Source of the DNA: Candidatus Omnitrophica bacterium UBA6215
Lineage (GTDB): Bacteria > Omnitrophota > Gorgyraeia > Pluralincolimonadales > Pluralincolimonadaceae
Reading direction: 5' to 3'
Assembly: GCA_002421665.1 (NCBI GenBank)
Contig: DISH01000007.1
Location: 209,278-273,277, forward strand
DNA length: 64,000 nt
Positions 38,595-48,547 of this stretch are shown here, one piece after another. The position numbers and the translations under genes are program-made. Position 1 is the first letter of the stretch. The number at the start of each line of letters is the position of its first letter. The notes beneath the pieces are model-generated. The model was not told the origin of the DNA. It made no database searches and worked only from the letters and a program-made list of their open reading frames with translations.

Positions 38595-38669
38595 CGCACT
38601 CTTTCTAAACCTTCATAAATATACCCCAGAAACCTTATTTTGTCAACTAAATAATAGGGTAATTTTATG

Positions 38670-39590
38670 TTAAAAACTATGCTTTTTTATAAACTTTACT
38701 ACTTCCTTAAGGCTGGCTTCCGCCATACCTATGCAGGTATCGGCGCAACCGTAATAAAGTCTTATATGATCGCCTTCCAAGAGCGCCGAGCTCGGGAAAA
38801 GCACGTTAGGGACATCGCCGACGCGTTCATATGTCTCCGTAGGGTAGAGCATATAATCCCTGGTCCTGTAAAGGACCTTCCACGGCTTCTTGAGGTCAAG
38901 CAAGGCGCCGCCCGCGGAATAGATGTAGCCGTTGCAGCTGGTCCATACGCCGTGGTAAATAAGCAGCCAGCCGTCCTTCGTCCTTATAGGATGCGGCCCA
39001 GGCCCGACTTTTGTGGACTGCCAGCCTCCTTTTGGACCGAAAACGAACCTGTGATGCCCCCAATGGACCAGGTCCGGGCTTTCGGCATAAAAAACATCGC
39101 CGAAAGGTGTATGGCCCCTGTCGCTGGGCCTGTGGAGCATGGCGTATTTCCCGTTTATCTTCTCCGGAAATATCACGCAATTGCGGTTCGCCGGCGGAAG
39201 CGGGTTCTCGGACTGCTTGAACGTCTTGAAATCCCTGGTAGTGGCCAGGCCTATACAGGGCCCCTGGGCGCCTGCATTGCACCAGGTCACTATATAGGTG
39301 TTACCCATCCTGGTTATGCGCGGGTCATAGCTGTGGTCGGTAACGAAGACTTCCGGGTCGCTGCTCTTCATCTTTATGGGGGAAGGATCTATTTCCCACT
39401 TTATGCCGTCTTCGCTGCGGCCCATGTGAAGGGTATAGCTCAGGTCTATCTCGTCAACACGGAATATGCCCCTGAAATCCTTTCCGAAACGCACTATGGC
39501 GCTGTTATGGATGGAATTTGCCCGCGGAACGGCTTTCGCCGTTATGATGGGATTGCCCTTGTAACGCCTGAAAACAGTCTCATTAGCCAT
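38670..39590 (-). CDS. Glycoside hydrolase family 130-like (beta-mannoside phosphorylase/DUF377 fold), 306 aa
   Basis: Beta-propeller GH130-like motifs (DGWLLIYHGV). Confidence 0.5.
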   Translation of the reverse strand: MANETVFRRYKGNPIITAKAVPRANSIHNSAIVRFGKDFRGIFRVDEIDLSYTLHMGRSEDGIKWEIDPSPIKMKSSDPEVFVTDHSYDPRITRMGNTYIVTWCNAGAQGPCIGLATTRDFKTFKQSENPLPPANRNCVIFPEKINGKYAMLHRPSDRGHTPFGDVFYAESPDLVHWGHHRFVFGPKGGWQSTKVGPGPHPIRTKDGWLLIYHGVWTSCNGYIYSAGGALLDLKKPWKVLYRTRDYMLYPTETYERVGDVPNVLFPSSALLEGDHIRLYYGCADTCIGMAEASLKEVVKFIKKHSF

Positions 39591-39667
39591 ATCTTCTCCT
39601 TAATATGGCCCCCTACCCGAATGCGAAAAGTATACTAGGTAATACCTTAAAAGTCAAGCCTAGCCGC

Positions 39668-39934
39668 TCAAGGGACCACTATCTTGGTCACCGTGACGGA
39701 TGCCCTCACAGCGTCGGAATCCTTGTCTTTTGCGAGGGTCACGTTCTCCGCCCTGAGCAACTGGGGGGAAGCGCTCACCAGGTAAAGGAAATTAACGACG
39801 GCATCCATGCTGCCTTCGGCATCCAGCTTTACCTCATACTTCTTATATGAATTCAGCGTCTGGGGGGCCGACTGTTTCATGTTCGAAATGGGAACACCGG
39901 CCTGGCGCGACAGGTTCTCGATCTCCCCGAGCAT
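39668..39934 (-). CDS. Short ORF, 88 aa, PilO/GspM-like C-terminal-looking fragment
   Basis: It overlaps the tail of the ExeA-like ORF in another frame. Stop codons sit immediately upstream in its own frame. Confidence 0.25.
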   Translation of the reverse strand: MLGEIENLSRQAGVPISNMKQSAPQTLNSYKKYEVKLDAEGSMDAVVNFLYLVSASPQLLRAENVTLAKDKDSDAVRASVTVTKIVVP

Positions 39935-40322
39935 CTTCGACTCCCTTCCGGAAAAGGAACCGCTCTATTGCGTTCATATAATCAAGGGAAGTCGGAGCGC
40001 ATCCATTCCCCGAGTGCAACTTAATATGGAAGCGCTCCGACAAATCCTGCAGAAAATGCTCCTGTGAATCGTAAATGGGATTAAGTACCATCGCCGTTAT
40101 GACATCCGGCTCCTGTCCGAGTACCTGAAAAAGCTTGCGGCTCAAGGTGGTCTTTCCGGCCCCCACATCGGCCATGACAAGGCTAAGCCCGCGCCTTAGC
40201 TCAATGGCTATCCTCAACCGGTAAAACGCGGCTTTATGTTCGGCGGAAAGGTAAAAGAACTCCGGGTCGGGGCTGGTAGAGAACGGCTCTTTTTTCATTC
40301 CGAGCAGTTTATAATAACTCAT
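39843..40322 (-). CDS. ExeA/GspA-like AAA ATPase, N-terminal fragment (159 aa; homologous region ends ~aa 110)
   Basis: KEPFSTSPDPEFFY plus Walker A VGAGKTTL. The rest of the ATPase domain is missing or out of frame. Confidence 0.45.
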   Translation of the reverse strand: MSYYKLLGMKKEPFSTSPDPEFFYLSAEHKAAFYRLRIAIELRRGLSLVMADVGAGKTTLSRKLFQVLGQEPDVITAMVLNPIYDSQEHFLQDLSERFHIKLHSGNGCAPTSLDYMNAIERFLFRKGVEDARGDREPVAPGRCSHFEHETVGPPDAEFI

Positions 40323-40585
40323 GCCGCACCCCCGCCGTTGCCGGGTATCTTGACCGCGAGTTCATCGTTAAGCGCTTTCCTGATCAACCGCAAAGGCAGA
40401 CCGGCATTAATATATTGCGTTATCTTTGACATGCGTTCGGCTATGACGGCCTCGTCATAAAGCCGGACGTTGCCCCTCTTCGTAACGACATCAAAAAGAC
40501 CCAAATTGGTGTAATGGTTGATAGTCTGGTAGGTAAGGTTGTATTTCTGGATAAGTTCTTTGGCGGCTATGAGCTTCGACTTCAT
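40319..40585 (-). CDS. MerR-like HTH protein, ~88 aa
   Basis: MKSKLIAAKELIQKYNLTYQTINHYTNLGLF. Its ATGA overlaps the ExeA-like ORF. The ORF track extends it upstream spuriously. Confidence 0.45.
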   Translation of the reverse strand: MKSKLIAAKELIQKYNLTYQTINHYTNLGLFDVVTKRGNVRLYDEAVIAERMSKITQYINAGLPLRLIRKALNDELAVKIPGNGGGAA

Positions 40586-40739
40586 ATCGTAAGCACTCCG
40601 TGCCTCCGTCGATCTTGACTTATTGTATTTACAATAACTACTATTTTTTTCATTTATATAATTTGTATTATACTTATCATAAACACAATAACTTGTCAAC
40701 AAAAATCTGCCCAAGGGGTGTTTAAAAGGTATTCCCTTT

Positions 40740-42092
40740 CTATTTGGCTTGCAGGTAAACGAACCTGAGGATAAAAAGCGCGGCAAGCAGATAGACGAGC
40801 CAGGAGACCTCCCTGCCCTTGCCGGTAAGGAGTTTTATGGAAGCATAGCTTATAAACCCGATGGCAACTCCCGAAGCTATGCTGAAGGTGAGCGGCATCA
40901 TTATCACTACCAGGAATGAAGGTATCGCTTCCGTGTAATCCTTCCAGTCTATCTTCGTGATGGACTGCATCATCATACAGCCAACTATTATAAGGGCCGG
41001 GGCCGTGACCGGATACAGGAAAACTCCGGGCGAGGCTTCTATCCCTCCCCCCACCATCTTTACCAGCGGGAAAAAGAACATGGCCGCGCCGAACAACAGG
41101 GCGGTCACTACACTGGCAAACCCCGTCCTGCCCCCGCTGCTTATGCCCGAGGCACTTTCTATATAGCTCGTGACCGTAGGGGTCCCGCATATCGCCCCGG
41201 CGCAGGTGCCTGCCGCGTCGGAAAGCATTGCCCTGCCTACGCGCGGCATCTTGCCGTTCTTCATGAAACCGCCCAGTTCGGCCACACCGGCAAGCGTTCC
41301 TACCGTGTCGAAGACATCCATGAACAGGAATATGAACATAACGGTGAGCAGGCCCATGTTCATCGCCCCGGATATGTCCATCTGCATGAATGTCGGAGCC
41401 ATTGACGGCGGCGCTGAAACGAATCCCTGGTATTTCACTATACCAAGCGGGATCCCGGCGATCGCCGTTACCAGTATGCCCCAGAGCATAGCGCCCTTCA
41501 CATTCTTTACAAGGAGTACGCTTGTAAATATCAGCCCGAAGACCGCAAGGAATGTCGGTTTGTTCACGAGGTTGCCGAGAGCCACGAACGTGGACGGCTG
41601 AGCGATTATTATTCCCGCGTCCTTGAGCCCGACAAAAGCTATCAGAAGCCCTATGCCGCAAGCGATAGAAAATCTTATAGACGAAGGTATCGCTTCTATG
41701 AGCATCTGCCTGATATTCGTTACGGTCAGCACTATGAACGCCGCCCCTGTTATAAATACGCAGCCAAGTGCCGTCTGCCACGGGATCCCCATCGTTATGC
41801 ATACGGTATAAGTAAAGAAAGCATTCTCTCCCATGCCGGGCGCAAGGGCTATCGGGTAGTTCGCATATAGGCCCATAAGCATCGTGGAAAAAGCGGCCGC
41901 AGCACAGGTGGCCATCATCGCTGCGCCAAAATCCATTCCGGTCTGCGATATCATGGCGGGATTGACGAAAATAATATAGGCCATCGTCATGAATGTAGTC
42001 ATACCGGCGATGGCCTCGGTCTTTATATCCGTCCCGTTATCCCTGAACTTAAAGAAATCGCTAAGCGCCTTAAGCAGGGTCTTTTTTTGCAT
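40740..42092 (-). CDS. NCS2-family purine permease (AzgA/PbuG-like)
   Basis: Polytopic protein with NCS2 signature blocks. Confidence 0.7.
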   Translation of the reverse strand: MQKKTLLKALSDFFKFRDNGTDIKTEAIAGMTTFMTMAYIIFVNPAMISQTGMDFGAAMMATCAAAAFSTMLMGLYANYPIALAPGMGENAFFTYTVCITMGIPWQTALGCVFITGAAFIVLTVTNIRQMLIEAIPSSIRFSIACGIGLLIAFVGLKDAGIIIAQPSTFVALGNLVNKPTFLAVFGLIFTSVLLVKNVKGAMLWGILVTAIAGIPLGIVKYQGFVSAPPSMAPTFMQMDISGAMNMGLLTVMFIFLFMDVFDTVGTLAGVAELGGFMKNGKMPRVGRAMLSDAAGTCAGAICGTPTVTSYIESASGISSGGRTGFASVVTALLFGAAMFFFPLVKMVGGGIEASPGVFLYPVTAPALIIVGCMMMQSITKIDWKDYTEAIPSFLVVIMMPLTFSIASGVAIGFISYASIKLLTGKGREVSWLVYLLAALFILRFVYLQAK

Positions 42093-42095
42093 TGT

Positions 42096-42683
42096 TTACC
42101 TGCATGGCTCCTTGGGCAATATGAACCCTGCTATCCCTGCCGCTATGAAAGATTTTATGACATCCCCGGGAATAAAAGGTACCGCTCCCATCCACAAGGC
42201 CTCCGATATACCTATAGGCCTGCCGGTAACCGCGCCGGCCCATACGCTCAGGTATATCGAACCCATCACGAGTATCAAGGCGCTGCAGAAAAGCATTATA
42301 TTGAGCATGGGCAGGAAATTCCTCGCCTTCGCGTGGCAATCAACGGCGTACCCGATCATAAAAGCCGAGAGGACATAACCGAAAAGGTATCCCGTCGTCG
42401 GCCCGAAAAATACTCCGGTGCCGCTGTTGAACCCGGTAAATACCGGAAGGCCCGCGGCGCCGAGCGCGAGATATATAAGCATGCTCACCCCGCCCCAGAT
42501 ATTTCCCAGTATGACACCGGCGAGAATCACGCCAAAAGTAGAACCGGTTATCGGGACAGGCGTCCACGGAAGGGCTATCCTTACCTGCGCGAGAAGCGCT
42601 ATCACAAACGCCATCGCCAGGGAAAGCGCCAGTTTCTTTTCTAACGCGAGATGGGACCTCCAGCTGAACACTATTGCCTGCAT
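42096..42683 (-). CDS. bioY: Biotin transporter BioY
   Basis: LPWTPVPITGSTFGVILAGVILG...GLPVF. Confidence 0.8.
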   Translation of the reverse strand: MQAIVFSWRSHLALEKKLALSLAMAFVIALLAQVRIALPWTPVPITGSTFGVILAGVILGNIWGGVSMLIYLALGAAGLPVFTGFNSGTGVFFGPTTGYLFGYVLSAFMIGYAVDCHAKARNFLPMLNIMLFCSALILVMGSIYLSVWAGAVTGRPIGISEALWMGAVPFIPGDVIKSFIAAGIAGFILPKEPCR

Positions 42684-42732
42684 CGTATACCTCCGCTGTT
42701 TTAATTGTTTACAATTATACCATATCCCGGGA

Positions 42733-43875
42733 TTAAAGCAATTCGCTTGAGACGGTGTCGCAATGCATAAACCCCGCCCTGGTAAGGCGTATACCCGTCC
42801 TGCGTCCTTTCGAGCTTACGATCTTTATTAGCCCGGATCCTTCCAGCCCGGCAATAACGCCGGCCTCGAGATTAATCAGGTCGTATCCCGTCTTCCTCTT
42901 GAACCAGGCGAATCCTATTCCGCCCGCGGTCCTGATCTTGAGCGCGGCCGTCTCCTTTGCCTTGCGTTCCCCGATGAGCTTCTCGGGGGAAACAAAGACA
43001 TTCCCTCCCGACGAGATCCTTTTCATATATTCGTCGACGTCCGGGATGCAGCGTTTCCTTACCCCGTCTATACAGGACGCTGCCGAGGGCCCTATGCCCA
43101 TATATTCGTTGTTATCCCAGTAATTGATATTGTGCATGCACCTGTAACCCTTGGCTGCGAAATTCGAGACCTCATAATGCGCAAAACCGTTCTTCGGAAG
43201 GTACGACATGGCATAAGCATACATCTTGGCGGAGCATTCCTCGTCTACCGGGACCACGATGCCTTTCTTCCTCTCGTCGAAAAGGGGCGTACCCCTCTCA
43301 TAGCTCAAGCAATAGCACGACAGATGCTTTACCGGAAGGCGGACCGCCTCCCTAAGTTCCCGCTCGCAAGACTCAAGGGTTTCGTCCGGCGCCCCGAATA
43401 TCAGGTCGGCGCTGATGTTCCTGAAACCTTTCTTTCCGGAAGCGATGACCGAATCGCGGGCCCTCTTCGCATTATGCAGCCTTCCCAGTCTTTTAAGCTT
43501 TATATCATTGAACGACTGCACGCCTATGCTCAGCCTGTTGACTCCCATATCAAGCATAAGACCTATCTTATCCGGCGTCAGGCTTTCCGGATTTGCCTCA
43601 ACGGTAAACTCCCGGTGCCCCCGTGAAAGTTTTTTAAGACTGCCGAGCAATCTTCCCAAGACGGGCGTCTCCAGCACCGTAGGAGTCCCCCCTCCGATGA
43701 ATATCGTAGATACCGGCCAGTCTATACGGCTTATCTGCCTGCATACCACGTCTACATACGCCTCGGCGCGGGCCTTGTCATAGACCACGCTGTAAAAATC
43801 ACAATAGGCGCATTTCCTGGCGCAAAAAGGTATGTGGATATACAGCGAAGGATACTTCCCTTTTATCCCTTGCAT
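42733..43875 (-). CDS. hemW: Radical-SAM heme chaperone HemW (HemN-like)
   Basis: CxxxCxxC (CARKCAYCDF). A GGAGG sits before the ATG at 43875. The ORF track's longer start is unlikely. Confidence 0.75.
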   Translation of the reverse strand: MQGIKGKYPSLYIHIPFCARKCAYCDFYSVVYDKARAEAYVDVVCRQISRIDWPVSTIFIGGGTPTVLETPVLGRLLGSLKKLSRGHREFTVEANPESLTPDKIGLMLDMGVNRLSIGVQSFNDIKLKRLGRLHNAKRARDSVIASGKKGFRNISADLIFGAPDETLESCERELREAVRLPVKHLSCYCLSYERGTPLFDERKKGIVVPVDEECSAKMYAYAMSYLPKNGFAHYEVSNFAAKGYRCMHNINYWDNNEYMGIGPSAASCIDGVRKRCIPDVDEYMKRISSGGNVFVSPEKLIGERKAKETAALKIRTAGGIGFAWFKRKTGYDLINLEAGVIAGLEGSGLIKIVSSKGRRTGIRLTRAGFMHCDTVSSELL

Positions 43876-43917
43876 TATACCTCCATTGATGTATAATTGT
43901 AAACCAAAGTTAAAAAG

Positions 43918-44698
43918 GAGGTTTACAATGCGTATTGCGGCGGCATCTCTCCTCGTCTCTGCCATCATTATGATACCAAATATATCCCGAGCCGTAAACT
44001 TCTATGACGGCGCGCGGGCACCGAAGGGGTTGTACTTCCTGACCTACTCCTCCTTCTATACATCAAACAAGGTCCTCAAGGCCGAAGAATTGTTGCGTTT
44101 TTGTTATTACTCGCCTGACTTTGTGGTAACGGCATTGCTTCCGGCAGGCGGCCTTGAACCGAAACCGTCCGGCAAAAGTTCCTGGGGGCTCGGGGATGCA
44201 ACCGCAGGCGCAGGGTATTTCCTGCCCGTAAAGGAAGTGGACATCCTGCCCATGCTTTTCGTAAAAGTCCCTACCGGCGAATACGCTTCCGACAAAAGCA
44301 CCAACTACGGGACCCACCAGGTAGACATAAGGCCCGTCCTTTTCTTCAGTAAAACGGCAGGCAACCTAAGCGTGGACGCAGCCGTCAAATACTACTTCAG
44401 GCTCGAGAACGACAAGGAAATCTCCCCGGGAGACGAACTTCACCTGCAGTATCTGCTGGGTTACGGCATAACCAAGGATATAAGGCTTGGCCCTTCCATA
44501 AACTGGATGATGAGCCGGGACCAGAGGCATGACGGGATAAGGATAGCGGGCAGCGAACGCAGGACCCTTTCGGTCGGAGGCGATATTTATACCAGGTTCC
44601 GGGGCATGAGCTTCTCGTTCACTTACCTGTATGACGCGTACACACAGAATACCCCGAAGGGCCAGTTCTTCCAGCTGAAGAGCTGCTATAAGTTCTGA
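43918..44698 (+). CDS. Secreted outer-membrane beta-barrel protein (MetA-pathway/transporter-like), 260 aa
   Basis: GGAGG RBS, signal peptide MRIAAASLLVSAIIMIPNISRA, and C-terminal ...YKF. Confidence 0.5.
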
Positions 44699-44701
44699 TG
44701 T

Positions 44702-47152
44702 TTATTCGTACCCGAACCTTTTCACGAAAAGTGTCTTCGCGAACTGCACGGTGACCAGGTAACACGCGATTATCACAGCCAGTACCGCGTAGTACATGAC
44801 GGGAGGAGGCGTAAAACCGAAATGACTGCCTATCGGAGAAAGGACGATAGCTATTCCCGCGGCGGCTATGCACAATGATGTCAGGACCAGGGATCTGCTC
44901 GGCCGGCTTTCCAGGAACGGGACCTTCCCCGTGCGTATCACGTGCACGACAAGTGTTTGCGTACAAAGCGACTCTATGAACCAGCCTGTATGGAATAACG
45001 CCGGGTTCTTCCAAGTATTAAAGATAAATAACATCGCCCCGTAGGTAAGGAAATCGAATATAGAGCTTATCGGCCCTATCATGACCATAAAATTCCTTAT
45101 GTATTTTATATTCCAGGGTCTCGGTTTCTCGAGGTATTCCTTATCTACCTCATCGGCAGGTATCGCTACCTGGGACATGTCATAAAGGAAATTGTTCAAG
45201 AGGATCTGTATGGGCAGCATAGGCAGGAACGGCAGGAAGAGGCTCCCTCCTGTCATGCTGAACATGTTGCCGAAGTTCGAACTTGAGCCCATCTTTATGT
45301 ATTTGACTATATTACCGAAGGTCTTCCTGCCTTCTATGACCCCGTCCTCCAGGACAAGCAGGCTCTTCCTCAGCAGTATCATATCCGCGGATTCCTTTGC
45401 GATGTCCACGGCATTGTCAACGGATATGCCTACATCCGAAGCCTTTAAGGCCGGGGCATCGTTTATGCCGTCCCCGAGGTATCCCACTATATGGTTGTTC
45501 CTGTGGAGAGCCCGTATTACGCTCTCCTTCTGCAATGGCGACATCCGGGCAAAAACGTTGGCGGCCTTCACTGCCTCCTGCAATTCGGCATCCGTCATCT
45601 TCTCCACCTGCCCGCCGAGGATAAGGCCTGTTATTTCGAGCCCGACCTCGCTGCATATCTTCTTGGTGACAAGCTCGTTATCGCCCGTAAGCACCTTGAA
45701 CTGGATACCGAGCTTTGTCAGCGCCCTTATCGCTTCCTTTGCGTCGGCCTTCGGCGGATCGAGGAAAGCAACGTAACCCTTAAGCACCAGCCCCTGCTCG
45801 TCGTCTTTCGAATACGTATCTTTCCTGACGTCGCTGTCCCTGTAGGCTATCGCAAGCACCCTGAAACCGTCCGCGCTCAACCTGTCGTATTCCTCCCGCA
45901 GGTCGGCAAGGAGCCATTGCTCCATCTCGAAGGTCTCGCCATCGAGCTCATAATGGGTACAGCGCTTGAATATCTCTTCGGGCGCGCCTTTAGATATAAG
46001 GGTATGTTTGTTCTCGGCCCCTACGACAACCGACATGATCTTCCTTGAAAAATCAAACGGCATCTCATCGACCTTCTTGAACTTCTTTACCGCTATTTTT
46101 TCGTGCTTGAGGATAGCCTTATCAAGGAGGTTCTTCAGCCCGGTCTGGTAGTAACTGTTGATGTATGCGTATTGAAGGACATCCTCGTTCTCTTTCCTCA
46201 CCACGTCGCAATGTTTCTCGAGGATGATCTGGTCCATGGTAAGCGTGCCGGTCTTGTCGGTGCATATAACGTCCATGGCGCCGAAGTTCTGTATGGAATT
46301 AAGCCTCTTTACGATGACCTCTTTCTTTGACATCGCGATGGCTCCCTTGGAAAGGTTTATGGTGATAAGCATTGGGAGCATCTCGGGAGTAAGGCCTACC
46401 GCGACACCAAGTGAAAAGAGCAGCGGCTGGACGATCCCCCTGCCCCTGAGCAGGTTTATCATGAAGATAAAGACCACCATGAAGAGCATGGCGCGTATCA
46501 TTAGCCAGGTAAAGCTATGTACGCCCTTGTCAAAGCTGGTCTCCACCCTCATCCTGGCAAGCCGGCGCGAAAGTTCGCCGAACTGGGTGGATATCCCGGT
46601 CTTGGTAACAACTGCCAGGGCCGTTCCGCTTACCACGCTTGAGCCCATATATGCCGTGCTCCCGGCGGCCTTCTCTATGGGGAATGACTCTCCGGTAAGC
46701 GACGCCTGGTTGACGAAAAGGTCCTTGCAGGAGATGATGCGCAGGTCGGCGGGTATAAGGTCGCCGGCGAAAAGGTCTACAGTATCCCCCGGCACTATCT
46801 CGCGGATATTTACTTCCCTCGGACGTCCGTTGCGGTATACCGTGGCGGTAGTCCTGACCATCTCGCTTAATTTTTCCGCGGCTTTTTCCGAACGGAATTC
46901 CTGCACGAACGACAGAAAAACGCTCAAGACCACCATAAGGAAGACGAGGAAGGCGCTCATCCTCGAACCGAAATACAATGAGAACGAGCCTATTATTATA
47001 AGGACTATTACCAGGGGATTTACGAACTTGGAAAGGACCTGGACAAACAGAGCCCGCTTCTGCCTCTTAGCGGGCTCATTATAACCGTACTCTTCCAGCC
47101 GCCTGCGGGCTTCTTTCTCCGACAGGCCTTTTGAATAATCCGAAGATGCCAT
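44702..47152 (-). CDS. mgtA: Mg2+-importing P-type ATPase MgtA/MgtB
   Basis: DKTGTLT, TGD and GDGINDAP motifs. The start is taken at MASSDYSKG (47152). An in-frame extension to 47278 would overlap rubrerythrin. Confidence 0.8.
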   Translation of the reverse strand: MASSDYSKGLSEKEARRRLEEYGYNEPAKRQKRALFVQVLSKFVNPLVIVLIIIGSFSLYFGSRMSAFLVFLMVVLSVFLSFVQEFRSEKAAEKLSEMVRTTATVYRNGRPREVNIREIVPGDTVDLFAGDLIPADLRIISCKDLFVNQASLTGESFPIEKAAGSTAYMGSSVVSGTALAVVTKTGISTQFGELSRRLARMRVETSFDKGVHSFTWLMIRAMLFMVVFIFMINLLRGRGIVQPLLFSLGVAVGLTPEMLPMLITINLSKGAIAMSKKEVIVKRLNSIQNFGAMDVICTDKTGTLTMDQIILEKHCDVVRKENEDVLQYAYINSYYQTGLKNLLDKAILKHEKIAVKKFKKVDEMPFDFSRKIMSVVVGAENKHTLISKGAPEEIFKRCTHYELDGETFEMEQWLLADLREEYDRLSADGFRVLAIAYRDSDVRKDTYSKDDEQGLVLKGYVAFLDPPKADAKEAIRALTKLGIQFKVLTGDNELVTKKICSEVGLEITGLILGGQVEKMTDAELQEAVKAANVFARMSPLQKESVIRALHRNNHIVGYLGDGINDAPALKASDVGISVDNAVDIAKESADMILLRKSLLVLEDGVIEGRKTFGNIVKYIKMGSSSNFGNMFSMTGGSLFLPFLPMLPIQILLNNFLYDMSQVAIPADEVDKEYLEKPRPWNIKYIRNFMVMIGPISSIFDFLTYGAMLFIFNTWKNPALFHTGWFIESLCTQTLVVHVIRTGKVPFLESRPSRSLVLTSLCIAAAGIAIVLSPIGSHFGFTPPPVMYYAVLAVIIACYLVTVQFAKTLFVKRFGYE

Positions 47153-47166
47153 TTGTCTTCCGTGAT

Positions 47167-47745
47167 TCAGATATTCTCTGCCAGTACCTCGTAGAACGGC
47201 TGCGGGTGTTTGCACGCAGGGCATTCTTTCGGGGCTTCTGCGCCCTCGAAGACGTAACCGCAGTTCCTGCAATGCCACTTCACGGCGGTCTTCTTCTTAA
47301 AGACCTCTCCGCCGGCTATATTGCTTACGAGCTTCCTGTACCTGGCCTCGTGGAATTTTTCTACCTTGGATATCTGTTCGAAAGAACGCGCGACTTCCGG
47401 GAACCCTTCGTCCTGGGCTGTCTTCGCGAAATTCGCGTAGAGCGTGGTCCATTCGAGGTTCTCGCCTGCGGCCGCGTGCTCAAGATTAGACTTCGTGTCC
47501 TTTATCGTTCCCGCGGGATAAGCGGCGGTTATCTCCACGTCGCCGCCTTCGAGATACTTAAAGAACACCTTGGCATGTTCTTTCTCATTCTCGGCGGTCT
47601 CCAGGAAGATAGCCGATATCTGCTCATATCCCTCTTTCTTCGCCGCGCTGGCAAAATAGGTATACCTGTTCCTGGCCTGGGATTCCCCCGCAAAAGCGGC
47701 CAGAAGGTTCTTCTCGGTCTGCGTGCCTCTTAATGATCTTCCCAT
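47167..47745 (-). CDS. rbr: Rubrerythrin
   Basis: Di-iron ExxH pairs plus C-terminal rubredoxin CxxC...CxxC. Confidence 0.85.
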   Translation of the reverse strand: MGRSLRGTQTEKNLLAAFAGESQARNRYTYFASAAKKEGYEQISAIFLETAENEKEHAKVFFKYLEGGDVEITAAYPAGTIKDTKSNLEHAAAGENLEWTTLYANFAKTAQDEGFPEVARSFEQISKVEKFHEARYRKLVSNIAGGEVFKKKTAVKWHCRNCGYVFEGAEAPKECPACKHPQPFYEVLAENI

Positions 47746-47767
47746 GTCAATCCTCCTGTTATTGTAT

Positions 47768-48547
47768 CTATCTGCCGGTCGTGAACGCCTCTATACTGAA
47801 CACTATTATATACAAAACCAGGCATAAAGGCATAGCAAATTTCATAAGTTCATATACAGCCCTCCAGGTCTGGTCGGCCTTCCTCAATATCTTGAAATCG
47901 GTGACGTAAACCACTTCGCAGGCGTGTGAACCGGTATCATCCCTCGTCGTGCTGGAAGCACGCCAGAAATTTTCCCAGCATGGCGTAGTGTAATTGACAA
48001 GGTATCCCTTCATCCATATCTGGTCGCCGCGTTCCGCGCTCAAGACAAGCTTCGCGATCCTGTCGTCAGCCGGAAGTATGTGGTTATTCGATATCTTACT
48101 CGGATCGAATTTATCCATTATCTCCTTTTGCTTCGCGGCGGGTGTCCCCCATTTAAAATCCCAGTAAAGGGTCCATGACCCGCTCGTGAATTTCATGTCC
48201 AGGTATACCCCGGAGCTTATATTACTTCCCCAGACTACCCCCATATCCTTATTGTTCAGGTAATCCTGCCATTGCTTGTGTTCCATGTCCCAGAATACTT
48301 TGCTGTGGTGGTACGAGACTACGAGCCCGTACAATTCATAATCGAACTTCGGCTCTATGGTGTAGGCGCAAGAACCCGTCTTTATTAAAAAACTGTTCAT
48401 GTTTGTCGGCTTTTGCGCGGGTTCCGAGTATAATTCGGGCAATATCTCATCTTTGGGAGGTAATTTGTCCTTTTCCACGAAAGCCGCCGCAAACAGTACG
48501 ACGCTGAACAAAAAAGCCGTCTTGATCATGAATTTTATCGCCTTCAT
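47768..48547 (-). CDS. Secreted hypothetical protein with C-terminal TM anchor, 259 aa
   Basis: Signal peptide. No recognisable domain. Confidence 0.4.
   Translation of the reverse strand: MKAIKFMIKTAFLFSVVLFAAAFVEKDKLPPKDEILPELYSEPAQKPTNMNSFLIKTGSCAYTIEPKFDYELYGLVVSYHHSKVFWDMEHKQWQDYLNNKDMGVVWGSNISSGVYLDMKFTSGSWTLYWDFKWGTPAAKQKEIMDKFDPSKISNNHILPADDRIAKLVLSAERGDQIWMKGYLVNYTTPCWENFWRASSTTRDDTGSHACEVVYVTDFKILRKADQTWRAVYELMKFAMPLCLVLYIIVFSIEAFTTGR

Noticed and set aside
38667-39638. 323-aa plus-strand ORF
   Set aside because: Antisense shadow of the GH130-like gene.
40696-41802. 368-aa minus-strand ORF overlapping the NCS2 permease in another frame
   Set aside because: It is Arg/Gly/His-rich with no hydrophobic helices, while the overlapping frame encodes a clear NCS2 permease.
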